In this document: positions 17,499-25,875 of the stretch, piece by piece | How the letters are laid out: each line of letters begins with the position of its first letter | Position numbering within the stretch: position 1 is the first letter of the stretch | From: a virus | IMG/VR virus record: IMGVR_UViG_3300045988_136686 | Span: 1-64,000 of that record | Direction: 5' to 3' (one strand) | Length of the DNA: 64,000 nucleotides | Notes under the pieces: generated by a model | The model's database searches: none | The model's input: the letters and a program-made list of their open reading frames with translations, nothing else | Told to the model about the DNA's origin: nothing | Position numbers and translations under genes: made by a program

Positions 17499-17837
17499 TT
17501 ATCCGTATTTTATCGAGCAAGCCACAAACAAGGCCATAGCGCCGAATATGGCACTTGCTACTGCGATTATGGTAGTTATAATCCATTTCCAGTCTATGGG
17601 ATTGCGTAAGTTAGGATTGGTGGCAAAATAAATTTTTCCATATTTCGTTATGCGGACATCTTCAAGTTCATGCCCCTCGTTCCATAGACCTTTGACAAGA
17701 CCTAATCTTTCCAGCGAGTCTACGCACGAAATGAATATATGGTGCGGATAAGTGTTTGGGCAGACAATCCCGCTGCTGATTAAACGCAACACTTGCTTCT
17801 CCTGTTTTGATAGCTTGATTTGCTTCATGGTTGCCAC
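17499..17837 (-). CDS. hypothetical protein with C-terminal transmembrane helix
   Basis: C-terminal WKWIITTIIAVASAIFGAMALFVACSI. The N-terminal part looks wHTH-like. Confidence 0.5.
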   Translation of the reverse strand: MATMKQIKLSKQEKQVLRLISSGIVCPNTYPHHIFISCVDSLERLGLVKGLWNEGHELEDVRITKYGKIYFATNPNLRNPIDWKWIITTIIAVASAIFGAMALFVACSIKYG

Positions 17838-18172
17838 TATTTATCGTCTTTCCTGAATGGATTGAAATCCGGGTCTTCATCTTCATAAATAATGCCGTCA
17901 AGGTACATATTGGTATTGGCTTCATCTTGCCAACGCTCAAACACGGCACGGTCGGCCTCGTCCCAGCCGGTGCGTTCTTCGAGTGTCATAGTAGCACGCT
18001 GGGCTTCGATATGCTTGATTACTTCTTTTTCTTGTTTCCTTTCCTCATCAATCTCTTTAATTACTTCCTCGATAGAAGAATAACAGGATTTGGCATAGCA
18101 GCATTCTGTACCGCCATAGATAAAAGTAACGGTTTTTTCCGTTTCGCCGATTATTTTATATTTCTTCTTCAT
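17837..18172 (-). CDS. hypothetical acidic protein, candidate immunity partner of the MuF-ART domain
   Basis: 111 aa, start overlaps the MuF stop (ATGA). The immunity role is a positional inference only. Confidence 0.4.
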   Translation of the reverse strand: MKKKYKIIGETEKTVTFIYGGTECCYAKSCYSSIEEVIKEIDEERKQEKEVIKHIEAQRATMTLEERTGWDEADRAVFERWQDEANTNMYLDGIIYEDEDPDFNPFRKDDK

Positions 18173-20850
18173 TGCTCTACAAGTATTATTCTATAAGTGC
18201 CATCTCCTTCTATCCTACGTTTCTTAACCAAGAACTTAGTTCCTTTGTCAAACAGAATTTCATGTTGATTTTCAAGTGTAAATATACCATTAAATTCTGA
18301 TATTTTGCTGATATTGCGTCCGTTTTTGCTTTGTATCTCAAAGATTACACGCTTGTGACTCTTGGGTATTCCGGCATGTGATATGAACTTCATAGGTGTA
18401 TCCATGTAAAGGCTGGACGAAATGAAACCCTTATCGGACACTACATCGCCGATATGGTCAAGGAACCGTTCTTGAAGTTTCTTTATGCTCATGGTCTCTC
18501 CACGATAAACAACACCTTCATATTTGGGGAGCCTTGATAAGGCTTGACTTATCAGACGGCTTGCCACGTCCACATATTCATCTTCCGTTCCATTGCGTAA
18601 ACGGCGGTTAATTTCACGACTAGTAGCCCTCTTGTTGCCAGAGGAGATGGCTTGGGTATAGGCATTGACCGCAGCTTGCTGCACTTCGGGAATATGCGGA
18701 TAGATCTTGTTGTAATACTCTACACGGCTCATAGCAAGATTTGTCCTGCGCTTTCGAACAAAGGTTTTCTCTGTCTTGTTATAAACATTTACCTTAAAGT
18801 CCTCACGAATATATTTATCATTATCACGAATAAAATAAGGTGCGCTGTCCCAACTCTTTGCTCGCTGTATATTTTCGGTTATCCACTTTTTGAAAGCGTC
18901 CGGTACGTCTTTAACTTCGTTCACGCTTGCTGTCGTGGCTTCACTCCGACCGTCCCATTCCCAAAATTCTTCTTCGGTTTTTAGAATGGGTATCTTGTAA
19001 CATCGACAATTGCTACCCCAAAAGCATTTTCCGTTCCTGCGGATATACATGATATGGTTGCGTTCCAGTGTCAAATCATAAACAAGACCATCATAATGCT
19101 GTATCTCTTTATTGAATACCGAAGACGTGACAGAATAGCATTCACGTATAGAGTAACAATCATAGTTTGACTTTATAATTGGACCATTCGCTTTGTGTGA
19201 TACTCCTGCTTTATTTATAGAAAAAGAAGGCCTATGTCCTGATTTCAGTATTAGTTCGGATAAGTCTCCTGCCATGCGTTCAGATGTGGTGAAGTATATG
19301 ATTTCATCTTTATCTGACTTGAATTCATTACCGTGATTCCCTATGAATGATCTGCAAGGACGCTTATAACCGTCGCAAAGGACAAAGGCATCAAGAAAAA
19401 TCCTTATCTGCCTCTTTGAAGCATTCTTTATAACATACGGGACAAATTTGTTTATACACCGTCCAAAAATCTTCAAATAGTTGCGTATGGTAGTGTTATA
19501 AAATACGACCTTTTGTTTTTCAAGATGTGGTTCAAATCCCATACGCTTGATACAATCAACTATTTTATCTCTTGCCGTTTCTCCCTCTTGCTGGGATATT
19601 ACGACGCCCGAATTGCTCATTGTACTACCGTCAGAAAGCCAATACCCCATAAATTCGCAGAACAAATCAAATTGGATTATCAAATCATCAATTTGGTAAA
19701 ATTCGACATCGCCTGATTCATACTCGCAACCTCTATAAAATCTGCCTTTACCTTTCGTGTATTCTTTCGCTTGGCAATTCTTAATTTTTCCGTCATTCTT
19801 ATTCAAATACACCATATTGTGTTCTGGGGTTACGAGACAATCAAGAGAGCGATTGTAGAAATGTATCATTTCTCCATAATATGAGAAACATTGTCTATCG
19901 ATAAATTCAACCCATTCTATATTACGTGTATTTGGATTTAACGATAATATCAAATCATCATCTAAAACGTCTTTGAATAACTTCCAACCTCTATTCGTCA
20001 GAACTTCGCTATCATCTGAATAACAAAGGGGATGCCAACCGGTCCATTGGAAGTCTTTCGGGTACTTCCCAGCTAGTATATCGCAAATGTCTTGGAAAGG
20101 CTTTCCGTTGCAAGTATGGTTGTTGCTCAACTTGATTTCATATCCCACCACGAAGTCCATCTGCTGCCAGCGTAGGTTTTCAGCTTGACGGTATGCCATA
20201 TTGATTTCGGAAGCAGCCAAACGGATAGAACGATACTCGCAATCCATTGCCCGTGATGCTTTTCCGAACCTTTCCTTGTAATCTTTTTGTAGTTGCGGGA
20301 AATCGAGCAGATATTTGGAGATTTGCTTGCTTAATGTAATTGCACTCGTACCTTTTTGAATGGCACATGATATGGCTTCTTCAAGTTCCTGTTTATACAG
20401 AGTCGATTGATTCCACAACTTATCTGATATGGTAAATCCTTTATCCTTACGTCGCTGAAACGCTTTCAATGCATCATTATTGGGCTGGTATAGGATTTCG
20501 TATTTCTCCTTTCCTATGGTTGCGCCATAAGTTTGCAATACTTTGTTGGCAAGAAGATCTTGAACTTCGTTGCTGTTTTTCCATTCTTCAGAAGTTCCAC
20601 TATATATTACAGATCCGATGTCCTCAACGAACCGTTCTTGTAAGTCTCTTATCCGTTTCCTTGTTTGGGGATAATCCGACCACATAAACGTCCTATCACT
20701 ATCAATGGTAAAATCGGTAATTCCGACTATTTTAGCCGCCTCTAAATTCAAATCCTCGTATATGGATTCCACAAGCATGACGTACTTGGCGAGCCGTTTA
20801 TTCAGCTCGCCGTACTTGCGTTTCTGATTTGGAGTTTTTGGCTTTGCCAT
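18169..20850 (-). CDS. MuF/SPP1 gp7-like head morphogenesis protein, interrupted by an intein and ending in an ADP-ribosyltransferase domain
   Basis: The GWHPL...CRCYKIP extein junction rebuilds the MuF HPxCRC motif. The C-terminus carries an R-S-E type ART triad: VVYRGE (R783), FISSSLY (S811-813), ENQHEILF (Q862-x-E864). Confidence 0.8.
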   Translation of the reverse strand: MAKPKTPNQKRKYGELNKRLAKYVMLVESIYEDLNLEAAKIVGITDFTIDSDRTFMWSDYPQTRKRIRDLQERFVEDIGSVIYSGTSEEWKNSNEVQDLLANKVLQTYGATIGKEKYEILYQPNNDALKAFQRRKDKGFTISDKLWNQSTLYKQELEEAISCAIQKGTSAITLSKQISKYLLDFPQLQKDYKERFGKASRAMDCEYRSIRLAASEINMAYRQAENLRWQQMDFVVGYEIKLSNNHTCNGKPFQDICDILAGKYPKDFQWTGWHPLCYSDDSEVLTNRGWKLFKDVLDDDLILSLNPNTRNIEWVEFIDRQCFSYYGEMIHFYNRSLDCLVTPEHNMVYLNKNDGKIKNCQAKEYTKGKGRFYRGCEYESGDVEFYQIDDLIIQFDLFCEFMGYWLSDGSTMSNSGVVISQQEGETARDKIVDCIKRMGFEPHLEKQKVVFYNTTIRNYLKIFGRCINKFVPYVIKNASKRQIRIFLDAFVLCDGYKRPCRSFIGNHGNEFKSDKDEIIYFTTSERMAGDLSELILKSGHRPSFSINKAGVSHKANGPIIKSNYDCYSIRECYSVTSSVFNKEIQHYDGLVYDLTLERNHIMYIRRNGKCFWGSNCRCYKIPILKTEEEFWEWDGRSEATTASVNEVKDVPDAFKKWITENIQRAKSWDSAPYFIRDNDKYIREDFKVNVYNKTEKTFVRKRRTNLAMSRVEYYNKIYPHIPEVQQAAVNAYTQAISSGNKRATSREINRRLRNGTEDEYVDVASRLISQALSRLPKYEGVVYRGETMSIKKLQERFLDHIGDVVSDKGFISSSLYMDTPMKFISHAGIPKSHKRVIFEIQSKNGRNISKISEFNGIFTLENQHEILFDKGTKFLVKKRRIEGDGTYRIILVEQ
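19009..20025 (-). mobile_element. intein (339 aa) with LAGLIDADG homing-endonuclease domain
   Basis: Starts at Cys276 (CYSDDSEVLT). Block B is LVTPEHNM. LAGLIDADG motifs are FCEFMGYWLSDGS and IFLDAFVLCDGY. Ends at ...CFWGSN614 followed by Cys615. Length is a multiple of 3 (1017 nt). Confidence 0.8.
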
Positions 20851-20856
20851 TGCGTA

Positions 20857-21219
20857 TTATTTATTTTCAACCCTGTCAGGTGCTGGCATTTCCAATAAAC
20901 GAATAGCTTTAATTGTTTCTTTACCCTCTAGTATTGCTTTACATAAGCGGTGGTATCCATCGGCGATTTGTCCTACATCATCAAGAATAATAGGATATTC
21001 AAGAGAACATTGATTCACTCGTTTGCACTGAAATATAAAACTATGAAGTTGATTACACTCAAACGGCTCTGCTGTCAAGTCAATATTCCATAAGGGCATA
21101 TCAAGTATAGGGTATTCTTTTACTTTTGCAAAGTCATAGAGTGTTTGAGCTTTCCAGATCTTGTCTCCACGATGATATTCACTTTCGCTAAAAGTTATGT
21201 TATCTATAGGAACCTGCAT
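20857..21219 (-). CDS. ParB-like nuclease-domain protein
   Basis: ILDDVGQIADGYHRLCKAILEG (DGxHR box). 120 aa, directly upstream of MuF. Confidence 0.55.
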   Translation of the reverse strand: MQVPIDNITFSESEYHRGDKIWKAQTLYDFAKVKEYPILDMPLWNIDLTAEPFECNQLHSFIFQCKRVNQCSLEYPIILDDVGQIADGYHRLCKAILEGKETIKAIRLLEMPAPDRVENK

Positions 21220-21220
21220 A

Positions 21221-21505
21221 TTATTCTTTTTTTATATATACTTTGATTTCACCGGTAACATGGAGTTCATCACCAACTTTTTCAACGGAGTATTCTATTA
21301 GCCCCCTCTGGTTGATTGAGCTTACAATTGATTGGAGAACTTCATCCTTTACTTCTTTGATGAACATTTCATCTGATTTTCGATTAGACCAACCTTCATC
21401 AAGTTTCTTCTTTTTTCGGTAATCCTTGATTTCTTTTTTAGTTCGGGCAAGGCAGATACCAAGCTTCTTTGCTTCGTAGTTATCAACTCGTTCAATACTA
21501 CTCAA
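21221..21505 (-). CDS. hypothetical protein (TTG start in track)
   Basis: 94-aa lysine-rich ORF with no ATG at the start. See rejected note on the upstream in-frame TAA. Confidence 0.4.
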   Translation of the reverse strand: MSSIERVDNYEAKKLGICLARTKKEIKDYRKKKKLDEGWSNRKSDEMFIKEVKDEVLQSIVSSINQRGLIEYSVEKVGDELHVTGEIKVYIKKE

Positions 21506-21586
21506 TCTTTCTTATGGATTGATTTTTTCTGCTAATCTAATAAGCCAGTTTGATATTTTTGTCTTCATGATTTTAAGTTTTAAGCC

Positions 21587-21628
21587 AGCAGCGTAAACAT
21601 CTGCTTACGCTGCTTTAACCTTTTTTAC
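21587..21628. terminator. strong hairpin, T-tract on plus strand only
   Basis: AGCAGCGTAA-acatctgc-TTACGCTGCT (10-bp perfect stem), then ttaaccTTTTTT. Lies 30 nt after the stop of the minus-strand gene 21644..22144. Confidence 0.45.
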
Positions 21629-21643
21629 AGCTTGGCAGATAGG

Positions 21644-22144
21644 CTATTGTACAATTTCCCAGTCTTCTGCAAACACATCACTGATGGATGGTACCCACGA
21701 ATCAGCACGTCCCGTATTTTCGTTATAGATAAGGCATTGGCTTGTATAGTCAATAAAACCTTTTCCTTTCAGAATAAGGTCTTTTGCTGATTGAGGAAGC
21801 GATTGCATCTTGGGAATGGTATCGCTTTCAATATGTGCAGGCACTTGCTTGAATACCGTCAGGCCTTTGCCGTTCCAGCCGTTTCTACGGATAGCCCCAC
21901 CTTGCTTCAAAACTTCGATAGCATCACCGAAACACATAGGAGTTTCTTTCTTGACTTCTCGATATGATTCTTCAAACAATTCTTTGGGGGACCAACTTTC
22001 ATAGCCATATTCAGCACGAGTGTGATATCCAAGCTTGCAAGATTCATGCTCTCCTATTTCACTTTTTACCAAACCTTTACGGCAAGCTTCGCCTAATGTC
22101 ATAGGTTCTGCTTCAATCTGTTTTGTGCTAATGTACTTTTTCAT
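21644..22144 (-). CDS. DUF2829 (Tad2-like) domain protein with extra N-terminal domain
   Basis: Residues ~70-166: MCFGDAIEVLKQGGAIRRNGWNGKGLTVFKQVP...SWVPSISDVFAEDWEIV, the typical DUF2829 pattern. Confidence 0.7.
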   Translation of the reverse strand: MKKYISTKQIEAEPMTLGEACRKGLVKSEIGEHESCKLGYHTRAEYGYESWSPKELFEESYREVKKETPMCFGDAIEVLKQGGAIRRNGWNGKGLTVFKQVPAHIESDTIPKMQSLPQSAKDLILKGKGFIDYTSQCLIYNENTGRADSWVPSISDVFAEDWEIVQ

Positions 22145-22165
22145 GATAGTATATTTATTTACAAA

Positions 22166-22456
22166 TTAAACATCTTCCTCTTCATAAGCCATCTTTGCAC
22201 TCATGACACCAACCGAACTTAGCATCCTGATAGAAAGCCCCTTTTGTACGTCAAGCTCAAAAATCATATTGTCATTGAATTGAGCGGCAGGGTATTGATA
22301 CAATAGCGCATAATCCATTCCTTCCAGCTTTGCGTATATACTAAGTGTGCCACTCTTCTCTCTGTCTATCTGCATTACACATTTTCCAACAGAAGTAAAC
22401 TCACAGGAATAGCCCTGTTTTTCTTTACTAAATTCTAGTACATCAGTTTTTGCCAT
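22166..22456 (-). CDS. hypothetical protein
   Basis: 96-aa ORF directly after the portal gene. No motif. Confidence 0.5.
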   Translation of the reverse strand: MAKTDVLEFSKEKQGYSCEFTSVGKCVMQIDREKSGTLSIYAKLEGMDYALLYQYPAAQFNDNMIFELDVQKGLSIRMLSSVGVMSAKMAYEEEDV

Positions 22457-22476
22457 AATATTTATATTTTAGATTA

Positions 22477-23877
22477 TTATTCCGGTTCTTCGAATATATT
22501 GCTTATCCTGCTTCTGGAAGCATCTGCATCTTCTTTTTGGATTTGGGCAAGAGTTTCTTGTGGATCAGTAGAGATACCTAAGTTCTTGATGGCCTCTAAT
22601 TGGCTGACAACTGCTTTTCCACCACTTGCTGTAACCCATTTTTCTATTTCTGACTTTTCATCATTTTGGATAAACGGAGTTATGATGTGCTCAACCTCAA
22701 CATTATCTACTTCATTTTTCCAAGAAACATTCATCATTTTTAGAAAGGCTTTGATTACGCTACATTCACGTTCAAATGCTTCTATCCATGCACCACTTTC
22801 ATCTCCAACCTTTAAATGAGCGTCAGTAAGTAAAGTCTGCCTTGCATCAAATCCGATATTGCCAAGAGACTTCATGTTTTCGAAGGAAATATCCGGCATT
22901 TGTGATTGTGACCAGAACAACTCAACAAGGGTATCGACATGATATTTTAATGCCTCGATAGATTGTGCCCATGAAACATAGGACACGTCCCCGTTTTGTT
23001 CTACTCGGTAAACTCTACGGCTTTCTCCTTTATCTTCTCCTCCTTTTATGCCACCTGCTATTTTTAGGATAGGAGCGGAGTTATATGCTATGACATCGCT
23101 ATTGCGTGAGAGGGTATATTCGATTTCTTTTCTGATATAGGAAAGACCGTGATAAATGGGAACAGGACGATAAACGTATACTCCAGGTATTTTCAGAATA
23201 ACGACCGGTTCTGATTTTACTAATTCCCAGCCGTTTCCCTGTTGTTTCCATTTATAATGAATGTTTGCCGTGTATGTCTCGAAATAGGTAACTTCTTCAT
23301 TTTTGGCCTTTTTTGTGTATTCAAAAGACATTGCGATCATATCGCCAAGCTCATCAAGTAGAGGGTATAAGCTAACACCGTCCATTGGTGAGTAGGTTTT
23401 GCATTTTAGCTTATATTTACTTTTAAAGCCGTATAGAGTGTTGGGATTCTCAACTGTGTACCAAATGGTGAACACTTCGCATGAAGCAAAGTAAGCATTG
23501 CCTCGCTTAATATTCTCACTGTAAATACGGGCATACTTATATATCGCTTCAATCGCTTTCGCAATACTTTGGCGGGTTTCATTGTCTTCTATATTGTGAT
23601 ATACACGTTTAACCGGGATAGCGAACATGAATTCAGTCATTCGCTTGGTGAGGAGTTTTTCAAGTCCGATGTAGATACGGGAAGCTTTTTCTGTATCTCC
23701 ATTAGAGCGGATCTTATCTTTACGGGTAACTGTGTCAGATACTATATCATGTTCTGTTGGTTCGTAGTCTTTGAGAAGTTTATCCCATGAGGGGACTGTT
23801 ACAGACTTTTCTTTCAAATCGTTGATTATGTTATCAACGGGCCGCGTACTGTCTAAGATAGAGGTGATTTCGTCCAT
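22477..23877 (-). CDS. portal protein candidate (SPP1 gp6-like)
   Basis: 466 aa, first gene of an operon that also contains MuF. Assigned by size and synteny. Confidence 0.65.
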   Translation of the reverse strand: MDEITSILDSTRPVDNIINDLKEKSVTVPSWDKLLKDYEPTEHDIVSDTVTRKDKIRSNGDTEKASRIYIGLEKLLTKRMTEFMFAIPVKRVYHNIEDNETRQSIAKAIEAIYKYARIYSENIKRGNAYFASCEVFTIWYTVENPNTLYGFKSKYKLKCKTYSPMDGVSLYPLLDELGDMIAMSFEYTKKAKNEEVTYFETYTANIHYKWKQQGNGWELVKSEPVVILKIPGVYVYRPVPIYHGLSYIRKEIEYTLSRNSDVIAYNSAPILKIAGGIKGGEDKGESRRVYRVEQNGDVSYVSWAQSIEALKYHVDTLVELFWSQSQMPDISFENMKSLGNIGFDARQTLLTDAHLKVGDESGAWIEAFERECSVIKAFLKMMNVSWKNEVDNVEVEHIITPFIQNDEKSEIEKWVTASGGKAVVSQLEAIKNLGISTDPQETLAQIQKEDADASRSRISNIFEEPE

Positions 23878-23916
23878 TTGAGTAGAATATTACTTAATAT
23901 TCGTTTTTACTTGGTG

Positions 23917-23953
23917 CAAATATAATAAAAGTCGCGTAATTTATATCACTTTT
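23917..23953 (-). promoter_or_regulatory. promoter module: 27-bp palindrome-like site (23927..23953) plus -7 box TATATTTG (23917..23924)
   Basis: Minus strand: AAAAGTGATATAAATTACGCGACTTTT-at-TATATTTGCA, 40 nt upstream of the portal ATG. Outer arms are conserved and the centre has diverged. Confidence 0.45.
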
Positions 23954-23955
23954 AT

Positions 23956-24228
23956 TTATAAATATCCAACTAATTTGATAGCTTCATGCATGTAATAAGG
24001 GAAATTAATGACAGCAATCTCACCAGAATATCCACAACGCCATAATTCAGCCTGCCAATCTTGTATATCATCACGTTCATCAATATTGTACTTCTTCATT
24101 AAATCTCTCATGATAGCGCAATCCTCATATCTTTCCGTAACTTTAGCAGAAGAATAAAGATTGAGTAAGACGTATTCTCCATAAAGGAGGAGTACTTTTT
24201 CAAATATATCAAGTCGATCTTGTGTCAT
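23956..24228 (-). CDS. hypothetical protein
   Basis: 90-aa co-directional ORF. No motif. Confidence 0.45.
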   Translation of the reverse strand: MTQDRLDIFEKVLLLYGEYVLLNLYSSAKVTERYEDCAIMRDLMKKYNIDERDDIQDWQAELWRCGYSGEIAVINFPYYMHEAIKLVGYL

Positions 24229-24236
24229 ATCTATTT

Positions 24237-24554
24237 TTAAAAGTCACACATTATAGTATATTTAGTTTGCAAAATCTTTAGAACCTTCTCTGTTACATGA
24301 ATTATATTTTCATTATACCTTCTTACGTTTCTACCATATCCCTGTATGTCTTTGTTTATCTCCTGGCGAAGTGTAGTACTTTTAGGCAAACTGATTTCAT
24401 AGAAATTGCCATCAATTGAAGTTATCAACATATCAGCTTGCTTCTTTTGACAATCAAGTTCTGTTTCTTTGTATTCACCTTTGGGAATGAAATTAGGATT
24501 GGGTACTAAGTAGCCTTCTGCTACTACATTTCCATTTATATCATATACTTTCAT
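24237..24554 (-). CDS. hypothetical protein
   Basis: 105-aa co-directional ORF. No motif. Confidence 0.45.
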   Translation of the reverse strand: MKVYDINGNVVAEGYLVPNPNFIPKGEYKETELDCQKKQADMLITSIDGNFYEISLPKSTTLRQEINKDIQGYGRNVRRYNENIIHVTEKVLKILQTKYTIMCDF

Positions 24555-24841
24555 AATCGTGTTTTCATGACATTATCAGTAATTTTGTTCCCTGTACTAT
24601 CAAATACTTCTATGGTTGGTCTACCTCCGTTATCAATAGGAGAAATAGCCTCTGATGTTTCATATAAAGTTTCTCCGTCTGTAACCATTATCTGCTTGTC
24701 ATCTTCAAAACAAAGTACATCTTCACCTTCCCATGATTTTATTATTTCTAACGCTTCTTTATAACTTTCTGCTTCGATAGAAAACTGAGTACGCTCCCAA
24801 CATGTTACTTTGCGGTCCTGATAAAAATCAAATGTTTTCAT
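24551..24841 (-). CDS. hypothetical protein
   Basis: 96-aa ORF starting 33 nt downstream of repeat copy 2. Confidence 0.45.
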   Translation of the reverse strand: MKTFDFYQDRKVTCWERTQFSIEAESYKEALEIIKSWEGEDVLCFEDDKQIMVTDGETLYETSEAISPIDNGGRPTIEVFDSTGNKITDNVMKTRL

Positions 24842-24874
24842 TGCTATACTATTTTAGTAAATAATATTGGTTTC

Positions 24875-24968
24875 TTTTAGTATTGTAAAGATACTCATTA
24901 TCAGTGAGTTAACCAAATATTTACAACCTTATTTTGCTCATAATCAATAGTTTAACTTTTGGTAACTT
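24875..24968. repeat. 94-bp long-range direct repeat, copy 2 (partner at 5110..5203)
   Basis: See copy 1. Same orientation, 19.8 kb away. Confidence 0.85.
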
Positions 24969-25161
24969 TACAATTTCCGTTTATATCCTGCTTTGTCCCA
25001 TTATAAAATCTCATCATGTTTATTCTTGTATTAATTTTTTGCTTAATATTTTTCTTTTTGAGTTGTTCACCCCACTGATAGGCTTCCTCAATGACACTCT
25101 TGCAATGTTTCTTCTCCCAATTCTCGCAGAAAGGATATGACTTGTATATACTCTCAATCAT
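24952..25161 (-). CDS. hypothetical protein
   Basis: 69-aa ORF whose 3' end runs into repeat copy 2. Confidence 0.35.
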   Translation of the reverse strand: MIESIYKSYPFCENWEKKHCKSVIEEAYQWGEQLKKKNIKQKINTRINMMRFYNGTKQDINGNCKVTKS

Positions 25162-25196
25162 GTTTCAAATAATTTTTTATAACTCATATTTTACTC

Positions 25197-25631
25197 CTAA
25201 TTTTCATCAAATATGCTTTCGATTTTTTTGTTCACCCTGTCACATGTATCTCCAAAGGAAATGGCAAAAGATTCGTCGCCTACACGGTCTATGATGGATC
25301 GCAGGTCACGGGCGATGTGGTTGAACGCCCGCAGTTCTTCCAGCATAGGGAGGGTAACAGTGCCGTCATATTTTTTCAGTAGCGAAAGTAAATCGACAGC
25401 GGAGGATTCTGCAATGTCCGCCAACACTGGGATTTTTCTCAGGAGGCGATTACATTTATCTTTGTCCTCTTTGCTCATGGTGTCGGTGATTGTTTTTGCC
25501 GTGACTTGCTCACGGGTTTGTAGTAGCCGGTCGTATTGCCTTCGTAAGTTGTCAAACAGAGCGAAGTCACCCCTTCTCAGAGCCTTCTCCATCTTCCGGC
25601 TGTACTCCTCTTTCAATATTTCAATGTCCAT
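25197..25631 (-). CDS. hypothetical protein
   Basis: 144-aa helical-looking ORF. The opposite-strand ORF 25213..25653 is judged spurious. Confidence 0.5.
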   Translation of the reverse strand: MDIEILKEEYSRKMEKALRRGDFALFDNLRRQYDRLLQTREQVTAKTITDTMSKEDKDKCNRLLRKIPVLADIAESSAVDLLSLLKKYDGTVTLPMLEELRAFNHIARDLRSIIDRVGDESFAISFGDTCDRVNKKIESIFDEN

Positions 25632-25875
25632 GATTATTCCAAAGTTTAACTAATTGTTTTTCTGTATATGGTTCTTTTACACCCATATTTGCATTCACAT
25701 ACCATATTCCTATGGAATCAACAAGTATGAACTCATTTATCTTTATCTGGTATATCTCACTATCGGGGTGTGCTTCTTTTACAGCAATTAATGTATCTCC
25801 ATTTGTATAGCAGCTTGTTAGTATAAGCGATACTAATAAAAGCAATAAAAATTTCTTCATAGTTACTCCTCCCAC
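25621..25875 (-). CDS. small lipoprotein candidate (start likely MKKFLL at 25860)
   Basis: Signal peptide plus lipobox: MKKFLLLLLVSLILTSC. Confidence 0.5.
   Translation of the reverse strand: MGGVTMKKFLLLLLVSLILTSCYTNGDTLIAVKEAHPDSEIYQIKINEFILVDSIGIWYVNANMGVKEPYTEKQLVKLWNNHGH

Noticed and set aside
21512-21571. In-frame TAA between an 18-codon ATG-started mini-ORF (MKTKISNWLIRLAEKINP) and the TTG-started ORF 21221..21505
   Set aside because: I considered it as a second recoding event. TAA readthrough is unlikely, the upstream piece is very short, and a TTG start three codons after the stop is an adequate explanation.
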